55,510 nt of DNA from an uncultured Methanosarcinales archaeon (GCA_964434885.1 CAYSWQ010000005.1:1-55510); one strand, 5' to 3'. Shown: positions 26,819 through 35,696, numbered from the stretch's first letter. The notes: generated by a model not told the origin, from the sequence alone. Translations and numbers: made by a program.

Positions 26819-28078
26819 ATGAAAAAAGTTTTGATGTTATTGGCTTTGCTTATCGTTAGCTTAGTAACAATCGGTATGGTAAATGCAGCAACTTTACCTG
26901 TAAGTATCGAAGAATTAAAAGTTGATGGTAATAAATTATCAAAGTCAAGTGCAAAAGAAAACCTTTATGTTGAAGAAGGTAAATCCTTGAAAGTACAAAT
27001 CAAGGTTAAAAATACTGGTACTACTACTGTTAAAGATATGGAAGTGGAAGCCGCTTTGAAAGGATCTAAATATAGTGTGGATGCTCAAACATCTTTATTT
27101 GATTTAGATGCTGGGGATTCCCGATGGATTTCTTTAAGTTTAAGTTTGCCTAAAAATCTAGACAAAGATCTATATTTGTTAAGAATTTGGGTAACTGACA
27201 AAAACAGTGATGAAGTTAAAGAAACATACAACTTGAAAGTTAACCCAATCAGAAATGGTGTTGGCGTTAAAGATGTTGTTTTTTCACCTGGAACTACTGT
27301 GAAAGCAGGTCATTCTTTGATTGCAGATGTCTTAGTTGATAATTTTGGAGCTAAAGACGAAAAAGATGTCAAAGTTACCTTAAGTATTCCTGCTTTAGGA
27401 GTTAGTACTGCAGATTATGTTAGTAAAATCGAAAACGATGACAAAAAAGTTAGTGAACCAATGTTCTTAAGATTGCCTTTATGTGCAAAAGCTGGAACTT
27501 ACGACGCTAAAGTTACTGTTGCTTACGATGATGCTGACAAAACTGTTACTAAAACTTACAAATTGAATGTTTTGGCTAACGACCGATGTACTACAAGTGC
27601 AGCTACAGGAGGAAAATTAGTTCTGACTGTTGGTCCTGAAACCCAAAATGTTGTAGCTAATAAACAAGCAGTTTACCCAATTGCTTTGACCAATGCTGGT
27701 ACAGAAACTAAAACTTACGTTTTAGAATTAACTGCTGGTAGCTGGGCTACTTCCAAGTTATCTGATAACTTAGTTGTTTTAGCTCCAGGTAAAACCAAAG
27801 TTGCTTACGCTTACTTGACTCCAAGTAAAGATGTAACTGCTGGTCAAAAAGTAGCTACTTTATCAGTTAAATCTGGTAACAATGTCTTGAAAACTGTTTA
27901 CTTGAAAGCTAACGTTGTTAAAGAGAGTAAATCATTGAGCTTAAGAAATGGCTTAGAAATCGCTTTAGTGGTTTTGGTTGTTATCTTAGTTATCGTTGGT
28001 TTAATCTTGGGCTTTAGTAGACTAAGAAAAGACGACGAAGAAGAAGTTTTAGACGAAGAAGGTAAAACTTATTACTAA
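26819..28078 (+). CDS. Secreted, C-terminally TM-anchored S-layer-like protein (paralogue of 15923..16834)
   Basis: GGAGGA SD, signal peptide, three beta-rich CARDB-like segments, TM LEIALVVLVVILVIVGLILGF, acidic tail. Confidence 0.75.
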   Translation: MKKVLMLLALLIVSLVTIGMVNAATLPVSIEELKVDGNKLSKSSAKENLYVEEGKSLKVQIKVKNTGTTTVKDMEVEAALKGSKYSVDAQTSLFDLDAGDSRWISLSLSLPKNLDKDLYLLRIWVTDKNSDEVKETYNLKVNPIRNGVGVKDVVFSPGTTVKAGHSLIADVLVDNFGAKDEKDVKVTLSIPALGVSTADYVSKIENDDKKVSEPMFLRLPLCAKAGTYDAKVTVAYDDADKTVTKTYKLNVLANDRCTTSAATGGKLVLTVGPETQNVVANKQAVYPIALTNAGTETKTYVLELTAGSWATSKLSDNLVVLAPGKTKVAYAYLTPSKDVTAGQKVATLSVKSGNNVLKTVYLKANVVKESKSLSLRNGLEIALVVLVVILVIVGLILGFSRLRKDDEEEVLDEEGKTYY

Positions 28079-28108
28079 GTTTTTCTTTTTTTATTTCTTT
28101 TTTTCTTA
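28079..28108 (+). terminator. Oligo-T tract (archaeal-type terminator candidate)
   Basis: TTTTTCTTTTTTTATTTCTTTTTTTC immediately after the stop codon. Confidence 0.4.
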
Positions 28109-28142
28109 ATATTTTTGTTAGTGGTTTAGTGTTGGAACTAAA

Positions 28143-29234
28143 ATGAATGTAGTTATTGTTGGAGCCGGACCAGTAGGAAGTTATGCTGCTTATTTGTTGG
28201 TTCAAAAAGGCTTTTCAGTTGATTTATATGATTGTAAAAAGAAATCACAAATTGGTAAGCCAGTTCAATGTACAGGAATATTTCCAGAAGAGATTTTGAA
28301 TTTTTTGAAATTAAATGATAAATGTTTAATTAATGTTATTAGTAAAATTGAATTATGTTCTAAGAATAGAAAAGCAGTTTTTAATAAAAAAGAATATGTG
28401 GTGGATCGGACTAAATTTGATAAATCATTGTTAGATTTAGCCATTTCTAGTGGTGTTAATTTTCATTCTGGACATAAATTAGTTGGGTTGAAAAAGAATC
28501 AAGAAGGAAAAGTTAATTTGATTTTTAAGAAAGAGAAGGCAATTAAAATAGTATCTCCTGATTTAATTATTGGGGCAGATGGTCCAAATTCTTTGTTGTT
28601 TCGACGGTTGAATAAAGGAAAAACTCGGAAGAATTATTATGGGGTTCAAGCTAGAGTTAAAGGTGATTTTGATGCTCATGCTTATCAAACTTATTTTGGT
28701 AGTGAGTTTCCTAATTTTTTTGGATGGGTGGTCCCGGAATCTAGTACGGTTGGCAGAGTAGGTTTGGCCACATTAAAAGAACCAGCTGTTTATTTCGATC
28801 AGTTTATGAAGAAGTTGGGGATTGATAAAAAACAAATTGTAGTTAAAGAAGGGGGTGTAATTCCTATTTTTGATTCTTCAATTAGATTTAATTATAAGAA
28901 TATTTATTTGTTGGGGGATGCTGCTGGTTGGGTAAAAGCAACTACTGGAGGAGGAATTGTGCCTGCTTTTTATGAAGTTCATAATTTAGTTAATTGTTTG
29001 GTTAGAAGGAAAGATTATAAGTCAAATTCAAGTAATTTGAAATTACATTTATTGATTAGAAAAGTTTTGAATAAGTTTAATGATGGGGAATATGATAAGT
29101 TAATTGGGGTTTTGGCAAAACCGAGAAATAAAAGATTGGTTGAGAATTATTCTAGGGAGAAACCACTTAAATTAATGTGGAAATTGTTTTTGAATGAACC
29201 TAAATTAGCTTGGTTTGCTCGTAAATTGGTTTGA
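28143..29234 (+). CDS. Geranylgeranyl reductase family FAD-dependent oxidoreductase
   Basis: MNVVIVGAGPVGSYAAYLL dinucleotide fold, GADGPNS, LLGDAAG motifs. Confidence 0.85.
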   Translation: MNVVIVGAGPVGSYAAYLLVQKGFSVDLYDCKKKSQIGKPVQCTGIFPEEILNFLKLNDKCLINVISKIELCSKNRKAVFNKKEYVVDRTKFDKSLLDLAISSGVNFHSGHKLVGLKKNQEGKVNLIFKKEKAIKIVSPDLIIGADGPNSLLFRRLNKGKTRKNYYGVQARVKGDFDAHAYQTYFGSEFPNFFGWVVPESSTVGRVGLATLKEPAVYFDQFMKKLGIDKKQIVVKEGGVIPIFDSSIRFNYKNIYLLGDAAGWVKATTGGGIVPAFYEVHNLVNCLVRRKDYKSNSSNLKLHLLIRKVLNKFNDGEYDKLIGVLAKPRNKRLVENYSREKPLKLMWKLFLNEPKLAWFARKLV

Positions 29235-29329
29235 TTTTATTTACTTAGTTGAGACAAGAAATGTTTTTATAGTTGTTTTTTGCTTTTTCTATTTTTAATG
29301 AAACAATTTATTCTTAGAAGGAGGTTTTT

Positions 29330-30976
29330 ATGATGAATGTTCTTGGTGATGTTATGACTATGCAAGGTTTTGAAAGAAAAGATGTAGATGCTATTCTGGA
29401 TGTGGCAGATGAAGTTAAATTAGCAATTCATGATCCGGAAGGATTTGGTAAAAAGTTTAAAAAAAAATATGGGAGAAGAGTTTCTAAATTGTTAAAAGAC
29501 ACATTGACTATTGACACTTTTTTTGAGAATAGTACAAGAACTAAGTTTTCTTTTGAAATAGCTGTAATGAAAGCAGGAGGAAAGATTACTGGTTTTCCTT
29601 CCGGAAAATATACTTCTTTAGCAAAGGGAGAAAGTTATGCCGATACCGAAGATATGTTTAATCTTTATGGTTCAGATGCAATAGTGATGAGGAGTAAGAT
29701 AGAAGGGATGCCAAGATGGATTAAAGATTTTTTAGTTCAAGGTTACGATCATATTTTAGGTCATCACCAAGAATCTGGAATGCCTTACATATATAATGTT
29801 CCTTTAATTCTCAATGGGGGAGATGGAAAAAATCAACACCCCACCCAGTGTTTGTTGGATCTATTTACATTAAGAGAAATTGCTCGTTCACAAGGAAAAG
29901 AATTAGAAGGAATGAAAGTAGCATTGCTTAATGATATTGCTCATGGAAGAACAATTTCTTCACTTATTTCGGTTGCACATCTTTATGATTTAGAATTACA
30001 TTTTGCTTCACCGAAACCAGATCGGTTTGGGTTACAAAAACATCATCGTGAAGATTTGATGCGAAGAAGAGTTCTTTTTTACGATCATGGAACTGATTTT
30101 TTAGAAGCAATGAATGCAGCTTTTGCAGCTTATCAATCTCGCCCACAAAAAGAAAGAGTTGGAGCGGGAGAAGATTTGATATCGATGATTAACAAAGGCC
30201 AAATAAATTTAAAGATGATGGAAGAACTAGGAGATTCGGCACCTTATTTACTCCATCCTCGGCCAGTCGATTCAGAAGTTTTTCAAGAAATTCATCCAGA
30301 TTTGAACTTTCATCCTAAGAATAAATCACGAGCTCAATCAGCCAATGGAGTTTATGTGAGAATTGCTTTGGAGGCGTTAGGTTTGGGAAAGATCCAAGTT
30401 GATCATGATTTTTCAGGAAGTTCAAGTGATTTTGAAGGAGTAAATATCCAGAAATTGAAGAAAAATTCTGAACGAAAAAAAAGAGATGAGAATTCTCGAT
30501 CTGGTTATATAGAAGGAAGTGGAATTGTTATTGATCATATAGAAGAAGGATTAGGTAGGAGATTGTGTGGGGTTTTGGGTTTAGAAGGTTTAGGAGTACC
30601 AAAAGTAGTTTCTGATTATATGGAAGTAGCAAATGGTAGAAAATCAAGAAAAGATATGATTAAAATTCATTGTAATTACAAACTTTCAGATAGACAACTC
30701 GAAGCGATTGCTTTAATTTCTCCGGATGCAACAATCAGTAAGATTAAAAACGGTCGAATCAAGAAAAAATTTAGGCCTGTGTCTGGGAATTATGTTGAAG
30801 ATTTGGTTGTGTGTGGTAATGATGCTTGTGTTTCTCATGTTGCTAAAGAACCAACAACTCATAAACACCTACTTACTGGAGATTTAGATGAACGAGTAGT
30901 TAGTTGTTATTATTGTGGTAGGGCAGAAGGAGTAAAAGAGATTTATGACCGAAAAGGGTTCAAATATGTTAAATAA
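29330..30976 (+). CDS. pyrB: Aspartate carbamoyltransferase with the catalytic (PyrB) and regulatory (PyrI) chains fused in one polypeptide
   Basis: PyrB part: NSTRTKFSFE, GESYADT..DAIVMR, GGDGKNQHPTQCLLDLFTLRE, HGRT. After a charged linker comes the PyrI part: GIVIDHIEEG, KDMIKI, and the Zn domain CGNDACVSH...CYYCG. Confidence 0.85.
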   Translation: MMNVLGDVMTMQGFERKDVDAILDVADEVKLAIHDPEGFGKKFKKKYGRRVSKLLKDTLTIDTFFENSTRTKFSFEIAVMKAGGKITGFPSGKYTSLAKGESYADTEDMFNLYGSDAIVMRSKIEGMPRWIKDFLVQGYDHILGHHQESGMPYIYNVPLILNGGDGKNQHPTQCLLDLFTLREIARSQGKELEGMKVALLNDIAHGRTISSLISVAHLYDLELHFASPKPDRFGLQKHHREDLMRRRVLFYDHGTDFLEAMNAAFAAYQSRPQKERVGAGEDLISMINKGQINLKMMEELGDSAPYLLHPRPVDSEVFQEIHPDLNFHPKNKSRAQSANGVYVRIALEALGLGKIQVDHDFSGSSSDFEGVNIQKLKKNSERKKRDENSRSGYIEGSGIVIDHIEEGLGRRLCGVLGLEGLGVPKVVSDYMEVANGRKSRKDMIKIHCNYKLSDRQLEAIALISPDATISKIKNGRIKKKFRPVSGNYVEDLVVCGNDACVSHVAKEPTTHKHLLTGDLDERVVSCYYCGRAEGVKEIYDRKGFKYVK

Positions 30977-31720
30977 TTATTTCATAATGCCATACCATTG
31001 CAATACTAAGCGATCAACAGCTTTAACAATACCATAGTCTTTACCTTGGACTAAAATACAAGTACCTTGAGAAGTGATTTTGGTTTCGTTAGCCCATTTT
31101 AGTTCAATGACGGGTTTACCTTGATTATTATCACAAGATAAGATATCTCTTTCTTCACAGATATCGTTTTTCTTAGTACAAACACCAGAAGGTTTTCTTC
31201 TGATTCCTTTAACAATGTTAAAGTTTAGTTCTGATAAAGCAAGAGTGTAATATTTATTAGCAAATTCTGGATCAATAGCAACATAAACAATATCTCCTTT
31301 ATTGAAATTAGGATCTAAGGTTCCAGTTACTGGAATTTGAGTTAAATTTTTAGGTCCAAAGTGTAATGGGATTTTAGTAATTAGTCCAGTTTCTTTTACT
31401 TCTGTGTACCATAAACCCTGGTTAAAGACGAAACTATACCCATTATACATATAACCTCGAGTAGAATCTAATTTGCCTTGATAATTCATTTGGTGAAGAT
31501 AATCAGTATCAATTACTGCAGCCCCAGTGAATTTGTTATAAGCACTAAATCCTCCAGTGAATAGAACAAAGACTCCTAAAAGAACAGCAACCATAATTAA
31601 AACATTACGAGCATCATTATTTTTTTTAGGAACATCTTCTTTAACTGCTGCTTCAATTTGTTGTTTTTCTTCTTGAGCGTTTTTCTTTTCTAAAGCTTCA
31701 ATAATGTCTAAATCAGTCAT
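30977..31720 (-). CDS. Type II membrane-anchored hypothetical protein
   Basis: 247 aa. Acidic N-terminus, one TM (VLIMVAVLLGVFVLFTGGF), extracytoplasmic domain with 5 Cys. Confidence 0.5.
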   Translation of the reverse strand: MTDLDIIEALEKKNAQEEKQQIEAAVKEDVPKKNNDARNVLIMVAVLLGVFVLFTGGFSAYNKFTGAAVIDTDYLHQMNYQGKLDSTRGYMYNGYSFVFNQGLWYTEVKETGLITKIPLHFGPKNLTQIPVTGTLDPNFNKGDIVYVAIDPEFANKYYTLALSELNFNIVKGIRRKPSGVCTKKNDICEERDILSCDNNQGKPVIELKWANETKITSQGTCILVQGKDYGIVKAVDRLVLQWYGIMK

Positions 31721-31723
31721 TTT

Positions 31724-32731
31724 TTATTTAGTGGATTGTTTATTTATATTCTTTTCCATAGTTTTAACACTTTGGTCTATTTTCTCTAAAACTCTTTTAT
31801 TTAATTTATGTTTTTTTACTTCATTTTTCCAATTTAGTTGAGGTAATTTAGTTAAAGAAGTAGTTAATTTTCTTCCAGATTTTTCAATCAATTTTTCAAT
31901 CAAATTTGCATTTTCAGATCCAAATTTTCGGATAGCTGGAAACTTAGTAATTCCATTAACACCTGCTTTTAATAAGAGTTCTACATAATCTACTTTTTTA
32001 GGAGTGAGGCCAGCGATTATTTCTAATTTAGGAAAATTGATTCTAGTTTTAGCAATCCACCAAATATAATCTTCAACTTTTGGACTTTCAGTGAAGCTAG
32101 TTCCTTTAACCGGTTTTAGAGCATAGAAAGTTATTCTATCTAATTTGTTTTTTTCTATAAAATCAAATAACAAGTTTAAATTTTCTTTCTTTTCTCCTAA
32201 ACCAATAACTATTGTCATACTTTTCTTAAAACCCAATTCACTAGCGTTTTTGAGTAATTGAATATAAGGTTCAATTGGTTTATCAGGACATAGTTGATTG
32301 TGTAATTTTTCTTCTACGGTTTCAATAGAAGCACAAATTCCTTCAACATATGGTTTTAATTGTTCTAATTCTTTTTTTTCTAGAACTCCTAGATTAATCC
32401 AAATTTTTTTACCATAAATTTTAGAAACTTGTTTGATGATTTCTAGTATTTCATTAAAAGAAAATATCTTATATCCTCCAGTTAAGAATTCTAATCTCCA
32501 ATTCATAACTTTACCAATTACCGCATCAGAAAGAATTGATTCTTTGGTACGTTTAGCAGTTTTGGCATGTCTGATTTTATGTTTTATTGTGCTACGGAAA
32601 CAAAATTTACAAGTTCCTAAATCACAATACCAGCTTAAAAAAACACATCTACCAAACCATACTGTGTTGGGAAAATGTTGTTGATAGGTTTGGTTGGCTT
32701 TGTTTAATAGTTGTTTTAATTCATTATTCAT
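31724..32731 (-). CDS. Radical SAM-like protein (BioB/HydE-like TIM barrel)
   Basis: 335 aa. The Cys cluster YCDLGTCKFCF is spaced CX4CX2C rather than CX3CX2C. The downstream barrel pattern looks BioB-like. Confidence 0.6.
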   Translation of the reverse strand: MNNELKQLLNKANQTYQQHFPNTVWFGRCVFLSWYCDLGTCKFCFRSTIKHKIRHAKTAKRTKESILSDAVIGKVMNWRLEFLTGGYKIFSFNEILEIIKQVSKIYGKKIWINLGVLEKKELEQLKPYVEGICASIETVEEKLHNQLCPDKPIEPYIQLLKNASELGFKKSMTIVIGLGEKKENLNLLFDFIEKNKLDRITFYALKPVKGTSFTESPKVEDYIWWIAKTRINFPKLEIIAGLTPKKVDYVELLLKAGVNGITKFPAIRKFGSENANLIEKLIEKSGRKLTTSLTKLPQLNWKNEVKKHKLNKRVLEKIDQSVKTMEKNINKQSTK

Positions 32732-32739
32732 TTTAAATA

Positions 32740-32843
32740 AGCCCCTAGGGAGAGTTGCACTCCCGATCTACTGCTTTCACAACTTAATAGGCTACGAGGT
32801 TCGACTAAATTATCAGTCGCTATAGCTACTAAGCCACAGGGGC
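32740..32843 (-). ncRNA. tRNA-like gene, probably an intron-containing tRNA with unresolved anticodon
   Basis: Minus strand: acceptor GCCCCUG/UAGGGGC (one G-U), discriminator U, arm GGGAG-UGCAACU-CUCCC next to the 3' acceptor strand, variable AGAUC. About 31 nt too long. Contains CGACU-GAUAAUUU-AGUCG and a CUGAUAA heptamer. Confidence 0.45.
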
Positions 32844-32844
32844 A

Positions 32845-33006
32845 TTAAATCTTTTTTAAGATCTCTTCTTTTGTTTTTAGCTTTTTTTGACAATCAAAAC
32901 AAACGTGATATTGTTTACTAGAACCTTCTTTTTTGATGATTGTTCCTTTAATTTTACCTAAAAACAATTCTTTGAGTTTAGTTCCACAAACTTTGCATTT
33001 AACCAT
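32845..33006 (-). CDS. Small Zn-ribbon protein (CxxC...CxxC)
   Basis: Translated by hand: MVKCKVCGTKLKELFLGKIKGTIIKKEGSSKQYHVCFDCQKKLKTKEEILKKI*. Not in the track (<60 aa). Confidence 0.5.
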   Translation of the reverse strand: MVKCKVCGTKLKELFLGKIKGTIIKKEGSSKQYHVCFDCQKKLKTKEEILKKI

Positions 33007-33117
33007 ATTTGGTTAGGAAGCAGGTTGTTTTATAAAATTTGTTAAAATAATTTTTTTAACCATAAATAATATAAAAAAACTTCAAATAAAAGACAATAAA
33101 TAAGATAATATGTTAAA

Positions 33118-34869
33118 ATGAAGAAAAGAATCGCAATTGTACACAAAGATAAGTGTAATCCTGGAACTTGTGCTAACTTATGTGAGAAGTTATGTCCGGT
33201 TAACCGAACTGGAAAAGAATGTATTTTGATTCCTGGGAAAGCTAAAATTGATGAGTTATTGTGTACAGGATGTAATATTTGCAGTAACCGGTGTCCGTTA
33301 GGAGCAATAGAGATTCTTAATCTTCCAGAAGCATTGAAGAAACCACCAATTCATAGATATGGGGAAAATGCGTTTGAATTATTTAGTTTACCTGCTCCTT
33401 TGTTTGGTCAAGTAACTGGGTTGTTGGGGAGGAATGGAATTGGAAAGTCTTCGGCGTTTAATATCTTGGCCGGATTAACCAAACCAAACCTAGGAAATTA
33501 TGAAGGAGAGGTTGATTTTAAAGAAATTATTTCTTTTTTCAAAGGAACTGAATTACAAAAAGTATTGGAAAAGATCAGAGATAAAAAAATTACGTTGTCT
33601 TACAAACCACAACAAGTTGATTTGATTCCCAAACAATTTCAAGGAACAGTACAAGAGTTATTGAAGAAATTGGATAAAGAAGGAAAAATCAAAGAGTTGG
33701 TAGAGGAATTACAGTTAACACACTTTTTAGATACTGAAGTTTCAAAAGTTTCCGGAGGAGAATTACAAAGAGTGGCAATTGCGGCAGCTACTTTGAAAAA
33801 AGCAAATTTATATTTATTTGACGAACCATCTTCTTATTTAGACATTAAACAAAGAGTTAACGTTTCTAAGTTTATTAGAAAATTAGCAAATGATGAAACC
33901 GGAGTAATGGTGGTAGAACACGATTTGATTATTTTTGATTATATGACAGATTTAATTAATATCATGTATGGGCAACCAAGTTGTTATGGAATTGTTTCTG
34001 GATTGAAATCTACGCGAGAAGGAATTAATACTTTTTTAGATGGTCAATTAAAAGAAGAAAATATTCGATTTAGACCTTATCCAATTAAATTTGAAAAAAC
34101 ACAAAAAAAGGAAAAACTTGCCCCAGTTCCGTTAATTTCTTGGACTGAAACTTCTAAAAAATTAGGAAAGTTTCAATTAAAAGCGGAAGCAGGAGAGCTT
34201 AACCAAAATGAAGTAATTGGTGTGTTGGGAGAGAATGGAATTGGAAAAACTTCATTTATTAAGATTTTAGCTGGATTAATTAAAACAAATTCTGGAAAGA
34301 TAAATGGTAAAGTAAAAGTAGCTTACAAGCCACAGTATTTAGAAACAGAATCTGATCAATTAGTGGCTGAATTTTTGAAAGACGCAATTAATAATTATTC
34401 CACCCAATTAATTAATCCATTAGAAATTGATAAATTATTAACTAAGAAATTATCTCAACTTTCGGGAGGAGAATTACAAAAAGTAAGTATTGTTCATTGT
34501 TTAAGTCAAGAGGCTGATTTGATTTTATTAGATGAGCCTTCTGCATATTTAGATATCGAACAGAGGTTATTAGTTTCAAAAGTTATCAAAAATGTAACTG
34601 AAGAAAGAGAATTAACTGTTTTAGTAGTAGATCATGATTTGATGTTTTTAGATTATATTTCAGATCGATTAATGGTATTTTCTGGTGTTCCAGCTAAAGA
34701 AGGATTGTTAAAAGGGCCTTTTGAAATGGAGGAAGGAATGAATTTGTTTTTAGGTGATTTAAATATTAGTTTGAGAAGAGATCATAACTCGAAAAGACCA
34801 CGGATCAATAAGGCTGGTTCGGTTAAAGATCGAGAACAAAGAGGAAAAGGAAAGTTGTATTATAGTTAA
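33118..34869 (+). CDS. ABCE1: ABCE1 (RNase L inhibitor homologue; ribosome recycling factor)
   Basis: N-terminal 4Fe-4S clusters (CNPGTCANLCEKLCP, CTGCNICSNRCP) followed by two ABC cassettes (GRNGIGKS, GENGIGKT, LSGGELQ x2). Confidence 0.95.
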   Translation: MKKRIAIVHKDKCNPGTCANLCEKLCPVNRTGKECILIPGKAKIDELLCTGCNICSNRCPLGAIEILNLPEALKKPPIHRYGENAFELFSLPAPLFGQVTGLLGRNGIGKSSAFNILAGLTKPNLGNYEGEVDFKEIISFFKGTELQKVLEKIRDKKITLSYKPQQVDLIPKQFQGTVQELLKKLDKEGKIKELVEELQLTHFLDTEVSKVSGGELQRVAIAAATLKKANLYLFDEPSSYLDIKQRVNVSKFIRKLANDETGVMVVEHDLIIFDYMTDLINIMYGQPSCYGIVSGLKSTREGINTFLDGQLKEENIRFRPYPIKFEKTQKKEKLAPVPLISWTETSKKLGKFQLKAEAGELNQNEVIGVLGENGIGKTSFIKILAGLIKTNSGKINGKVKVAYKPQYLETESDQLVAEFLKDAINNYSTQLINPLEIDKLLTKKLSQLSGGELQKVSIVHCLSQEADLILLDEPSAYLDIEQRLLVSKVIKNVTEERELTVLVVDHDLMFLDYISDRLMVFSGVPAKEGLLKGPFEMEEGMNLFLGDLNISLRRDHNSKRPRINKAGSVKDREQRGKGKLYYS

Positions 34870-34882
34870 AGAAAATAAAAAA

Positions 34883-35248
34883 TTAAAATTTAAATTTGTC
34901 TCCATATTGGCCAATAATTGGCAGTTCTTTTTCTACACCTTGAACGGAATAAACTACTCCAAACAACCACAAGACCAAAGGAATTAAACTAATCAAGGTT
35001 GGGATAAACATTAGGATTGTACCTAAACCTAATGTCAACATAGCAATTAATCCAAAAATTACTCCTAAGATTGCGTTTAAAATCCCCAAAGCAATTGAAA
35101 AGATTAATAACACCAATGCTTGTTTAACATGAAAATTAACGTAAGAATTTTTTTTCATTTTTTCATCTACAAAATACCAAATTATCCCGATTACTAAATA
35201 AGATAAAACAGCACAAACTTTACCATCTTCAACTTCTTTTTTTACCAT
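34883..35248 (-). CDS. Small membrane protein (DUF4870-like)
   Basis: 121 aa with 3-4 TM segments. NFHVKQALVLLI motif. Confidence 0.5.
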   Translation of the reverse strand: MVKKEVEDGKVCAVLSYLVIGIIWYFVDEKMKKNSYVNFHVKQALVLLIFSIALGILNAILGVIFGLIAMLTLGLGTILMFIPTLISLIPLVLWLFGVVYSVQGVEKELPIIGQYGDKFKF

Positions 35249-35309
35249 TATAATATCACCCTAGTAAATAAATAAAATCTTTTAGTTTATAATATTTTTC
35301 TTTATTAAT

Positions 35310-35696
35310 TCAATTTATGATTATAGAACCTTGCATGCCAGGATGGAAACTACAAAAATACCTCACTTCTTCTTTTTCTTTGAAAACATGACTAACTTGT
35401 GCTTGGGGATTCAAAACTTGATTAATACGAACGTCTTCAAAAGTAACGGTGTGTTTATTAGATCCTTTATTAATCCAAATAACTTTGTCTCCAGTAAAAA
35501 TTTTAATTGTGTTGGGTATAAATTTATTGTCTTGTATTAAAATAGTGTGAGTTTGAGGGGTAGAAGGTCTTTTTATTGTTTCTTTTACTTTAATGGAAGG
35601 AGTTTCTTTGGTTTGAGATTCACAGCTACAACCAACTAAGAAAATTAAAGAAGCCAATAAAAAAAATAAAAAAATTTTTTTCAATTTACCACCCAT
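35310..35696 (-). CDS. Cupredoxin (plastocyanin/amicyanin-like blue copper protein) with a lipobox signal peptide
   Basis: LASLIFLVGCS lipobox. Cu ligands H (NKHTV) ... C-x2-H-x2-M (CSFHPGM). Confidence 0.8.
   Translation of the reverse strand: MGGKLKKIFLFFLLASLIFLVGCSCESQTKETPSIKVKETIKRPSTPQTHTILIQDNKFIPNTIKIFTGDKVIWINKGSNKHTVTFEDVRINQVLNPQAQVSHVFKEKEEVRYFCSFHPGMQGSIIIN

Noticed and set aside
18983-28078. Bacterial contamination or chimeric assembly as the explanation for the OMP-like/adhesin block
   Set aside because: The block is flanked on both sides by archaeal-type genes on the same contig. It is driven by archaeal BRE/TATA words identical in style to the others in the window, and it contains an S-layer paralogue of a gene 10 kb away. 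This cannot be fully excluded without coverage data.
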